DNA of 64,000 bases from Eledone cirrhosa (lineage: Eukaryota). Shown here in pieces: positions 59,253-64,000 of the stretch; position 1 is the first letter of the stretch; each line of letters begins with the position of its first letter. The DNA lies in contig OZ024740.1 of NCBI GenBank assembly GCA_964016885.1, positions 413,974,001 to 414,038,000 of the forward strand, written 5' to 3'. The notes below the pieces were generated by a model. The model did not search any database. It was given only the letters and a program-made list of their open reading frames with translations, and was not told the DNA's origin. Made by a program: the position numbers and the translations under genes.

Positions 59253-61981
59253 TTCTACCTGGAGTTGTGACCGATAGATAGTATTAGCAATTGGAAAGAC
59301 CAACGGAAACATTGTTTCCTCGGTCCGATTTGACGAAAATCGATCGGTTCTACTATATATATATATATATATATATAAACGAAAGATATATACTTTATTT
59401 CATCTCTATTTATTTCATTATATATATTTCGAAGATGTAAATTTTATGTAAAACATAAAACACAACATGTGCTCGTCAGACAAAATATATAGAAAATCTA
59501 TAATTTATTTCCTGATATGCTGGTAGACAACCGAAGTAGACAGCGACCTGTCTTCGAGATGTATTTAATGAAATAAATAGAGATGATATAAAGTATATAT
59601 CTGTCACTTATTACTTTTGTTATTATTATTATAGTACTCCGGAGAATTTTATACCGTTGAGTGCATCGCATCGGTTATATATAAGAACGAGTTGATCACA
59701 AATCAACTAACTCTTTTTTCATTAAATGATATATATATATCCAGTGGGTGTAACTAGGAGTTACTGTAGGGTCACCCGGAGAGCACTCGATGTTTAGGTT
59801 CACTTGTGTTGAGGTGTAGAGCTATACAGAGTGTAATATATTGAAAAGATAACAAGGACGATTGATTACTCCTTCATTGCATTTATTGATAAGTGACGCG
59901 CGTTTCGCCACTGATCAGCTCAAGGTTCAATCTGTATCGATCCTACCCGACCCAATAATCGGCAGCTCGACGGACCCTCTTAAAAGGCTATTAGAAAATG
60001 AAATACATGCTATGTGGTAAAGTCAGAGTTTCAAGAGTTTAACAAAATGAGTTGTTTTGATTGGTGGGAAGGATCAAGGGGATGTACTGGCCTGTAGTGT
60101 ATGCGGGGCTGGATGTGATGGTGAGATGTTGGTGACGGTCGGTGGATGAGATGGGCTGTGGTGTGGTGGTGGTGGTGGTGGTGGTGGGTTGGCCTTGGCG
60201 TGTAGAGTATGTGGGGGTGGGGGTGATGATATGATGGTGGTTATGGTCGCTTACTGGGATGGGCTGTCGTATGAGGTTAGTAGTTTGTCGGTAGACGGGT
60301 TGGCGTGTGTGTGGGGGTGTAGGGGTGGTGTTGTTGTTTATGGTAGTGGCGTTTGTGGTGGTGTGGTGGATGTGTTGGTGGTGTCAAGTCCTTACGGAGA
60401 TACATAGCTAGACGCTCTTCGTCTGACAAATACGTTGTATATATGTATACACACACACATATGTATATATGCGCACATATATTGTTGTATAAACACACAC
60501 AAAACACATACGCACACCCTTTCCCACACATATCGACACACGCTCATACACAGCCATATGTATGTATACACACATATATGTGCATGCGCGCATGCGGACA
60601 CAAATATGGAGAGTGGGAGTGTATCGGTGGGGGTGGCGAAGGACAAAGATGGAGGGAAGGTGAGAGACAATGGAGGTGTTATACATATTTACATACACAT
60701 ACATACACTCATACACACATACGGATATGGGCACATGCACGCACACGCACGTATACAAAATATACACATACACACACACGTATACACACATATATATATA
60801 CACACACATACACAGACACACAGACACACACACACACACAGACATGCACATATACGCGCTCATATACACATACACACAGATTCACCTATATACATATATA
60901 TGTAGACATACACATATATATATATATATATATGTGCACACACACACATATATATATATAAATATGCGTACACGCACGCATATTTACACGCCCGTATATG
61001 TAAAAAATACTTACACACAGACACACACACTTGCCTTGGTTCGGGAGGGGAGGTATGTGTTGGCGGTGTTGATGAAGTATGGAGTTGTGTCTTGTGGTGG
61101 TGGCGGTGGAGTTGTGAGCGACAAAAATATATACACTATCGAATAGTGCGATAGGTTACAGGTTAAAAGTGACATAGGGAACGCGGGGGAGAAAAGTTTA
61201 TGGACGTATGGCGATGTGTGTTGTGGTCATGGTTGTGGTGGTGGTGCTGGGGGTCATATGTTCGACAAAATGATTACATGATCAGAAGTTACGGTGTGAT
61301 ACAGGGTAAGGCAGACCGGGTGGGGGGATATAATACAGTCGATCTGTGAGTGAGTGATGAAATGTGTTGATGTTAATGATGTTAATGATTGTTGAAGTAT
61401 GTGGATGTATCAAGTGGTGGCGGTGGTTGTGTGCGCGCGACAGTACATTTACAGGGTCGAATTTAGCGTGGGGTTGTAGGTTAGGGTAGATAGAGGGAAC
61501 ATGGGGGATAAGGTTGCGTGTGTGTATGGTTGACATATGACGATGTGTGGTGTGGTGGTGGTGGCAATGGTGTGATATGATCGACATTGTATTTACAAGA
61601 TCCCGTGTTACTATGGATTGTAAGGTAAAACCTATCATAGAAGACCGATCGAACACAATGTTGCAAGGATGAGGGGTGTATGGCGATGTGATGTTTGGTG
61701 GGGGTGATGTATGCGGCATGATATACAAAATACGGGTTTACAGATCGTTACATGCAATACACTAAATTAAGATAAAGTGAAATTAAATTAAAATTAAAAT
61801 TAATAAATTCGTTGAGATGGGCGATGGTGATACGGGGCAGATGTGGTTATTATTATGGTGGGTCATGGTTAGTGCGTGGCCCTCCCCCGAATGTTTGTGC
61901 GGCTCATAACAAGCAGCTACACTCATTGAAAAGACCCTGCGTGTATTATAATTCTCCGCAATTTTTATAGCGAAACATAGT

Positions 61982-62029
<48 letters not shown>

Positions 62030-62030
<1 letters not shown>

Positions 62031-62353
62031 AACGGAAAAAAATGAAACAAAATTTCATTTCCCACTCTTAGTACGGCTGTTACTTAAATATAAGTATGCA
62101 CACGTACATACATATATGTATACAGACGTACAGTAGTATGTATATATATATATAGATACATGCACACATATATATATGTATGTATGGATTCTCCGAACAT
62201 TTATTATAATGCTCGGTGTGTTTATAAACAAACATCCCGTATTAAGCCATAGTGTCCAGCAACCATCGTTGCTCGTTTGCTCAACACTGACAAAGGAACG
62301 CTGTACTAGTTTCAAGCTTATTAGCTATCGTCAACAACGGGGTCTTACTGGTT

Positions 62354-62397
<44 letters not shown>

Positions 62398-62990
62398 ATT
62401 ACTTATTTTTGCATAGCGAACGTTTCCACGAACCAAAGTATCGTCTTCCTGTCTTCCTCCGGTTGCAACGTTTTTTGAAATATCCACTTCTGCGTTTACA
62501 GATTGACTTTGTTAGTTTCAGAAGATCCCGTTAAGGGTGAAAGCAGCGATTCTTTGCTTAAACTTTAATCTGTTATTTTAATATATATATATGAGACGGC
62601 TTTTTCTAGACTTTAGTCCAGAAATAGTCGTCGAAACGGCTTGAGCTCTGCCGTCGGGGTCATACTTTCTCTTATTACCCTACTATTCTAAGTATTGAGT
62701 ACTACTCTACTATTCTAAGTATTGAGTACTCTGGCGCGTTATGGTCCATCTGGTTCCTTACCACAACTCCTCCGTTATATATATATATATACATATATAT
62801 AGGAACAAGTAAGACCCCGACGGCTGAGCTCAAGCCGTTTCGACGGCTAATTCTGGACTGAATTAGCCGTCGAAACGGCTTGAGCTCAGCCGTCGGGGTC
62901 TTACTTGTTCCTATTACCCACTCTACTACCCTAAGTATTGAGTACTTTGGTGCGTTTTGGTCCACCTGGTTCCTTACCACATTTCCTTCG

Positions 62991-62992
<2 letters not shown>
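62030..62992. mobile_element. Cluster of short HHR-bearing pseudo-LTR fragments separated by (TA)n
   Basis: 62030-62335 matches the 250-1160 family; 62415-62582 matches the pLTR at 42505-42673; 62590-62776 and 62799-62992 match the 1248-1440 family. Confidence 0.8.
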
Positions 62993-63077
<85 letters not shown>

Positions 63078-64000
63078 TTGGTGCTCTGAAATAGCGATAT
63101 ATATATATGAATGTATATATAGTGTATTTTGCAATACACTGTATCCTTAATTAAAAGCATTTCGAAGATCTTGCACTATTGTTTTAGAGTAGTGACAGTG
63201 TCACTTACTTTATATTTTCAGCAAACAGGAGAGATAAAGCTGACAGAGCTCTGTTTTGTACTGATTGGTACTTATCAAAGCCAAGTACTCCACCTGTTTG
63301 CTGAAAATCATGAATGTTTGCTTCTTATAGAATTATAGTAATAATCAGGAACTGATTATTACTATTGCCGGTCATATATATATCGCTATTTCAGAGCACC
63401 AATTCTAATTTTCAATTTCTTCTTGACCGGCAAAGACCTCCCTCTGGAAGAAACAATTGTCAGCAAATAAATGTTCTAAACTAAAATTTGATCGTTTTAA
63501 CACTTTATATATATTAATAAAAGGAATTCCAACTTTGTTTGATTTACTCGTTTTATTTACAATCCTTTAAAATTATAATGATATTATAATGAAATAGTAT
63601 GGTAGAATATTAAATGTTAAATGTTAATTGAACAGGTACTTTCATGCTTTCGCAATCTTCAGGTTCATATTCTGTGGTGACAGTCAAGTTTGCAATTTTC
63701 AACTGTAACGAGATGGCGTAAGTATGTGCCTTATATACAGTAAAAAGAGGCTACAGAATGCTAAGTTTTGCAAACTATATTTCGACCAATCGGTGTGTAG
63801 TTTCACTGGATTGCTAAAGCTGATTGGTTTAGGCATCACGGTTGGTTGAGCATGTCTAACGACTTCTATTTGACCCTATCCAAAGCATCAATTGTTTTGC
63901 TATTTTTAGAAATGTTGAAAATAGCACTTTCTATGGTTTTTATAAAAAATCTTATGTAATCATCAACATCAACATCACTTTTATTATTATTATTGTTGTT

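Noticed and set aside
59740-61980. Possible PLE 3' region with half hammerhead GAAAcgcgcgtc (minus strand, about 59892-59906)
   Set aside because: The 5' core and stem I could not be identified and no coding remnant was found.

Overview
AT-rich animal genomic DNA dense in (TA)n/(CA)n microsatellites. The SINE type and repeat content suggest a cephalopod such as Octopus (inference). No host gene could be supported. The window is a cluster of Penelope-like retroelements (PLEs: RT plus C-terminal GIY-YIG endonuclease) from several lineages, mostly inserted in (TA)n. It also holds about 30 type I hammerhead ribozyme (HHR) motifs in pseudo-LTRs, tRNA-derived SINEs, an RTE LINE tail, fold-back palindromes and a 630-bp HHR-bearing tandem array resembling a retrozyme. 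Most notable: two divergent Neptune-like PLEs (about 19.8-24.5 kb and 32.9-39.4 kb) are not single-ORF elements. Each has a homologous upstream helical/basic ORF1 overlapping an AUG-less RT-EN frame in the -1 frame, with an in-frame U_UUU_UUA slippery heptamer at the overlap. This points to gag-pol-like programmed -1 frameshifting. Coordinates were read by eye and element ends are approximate.
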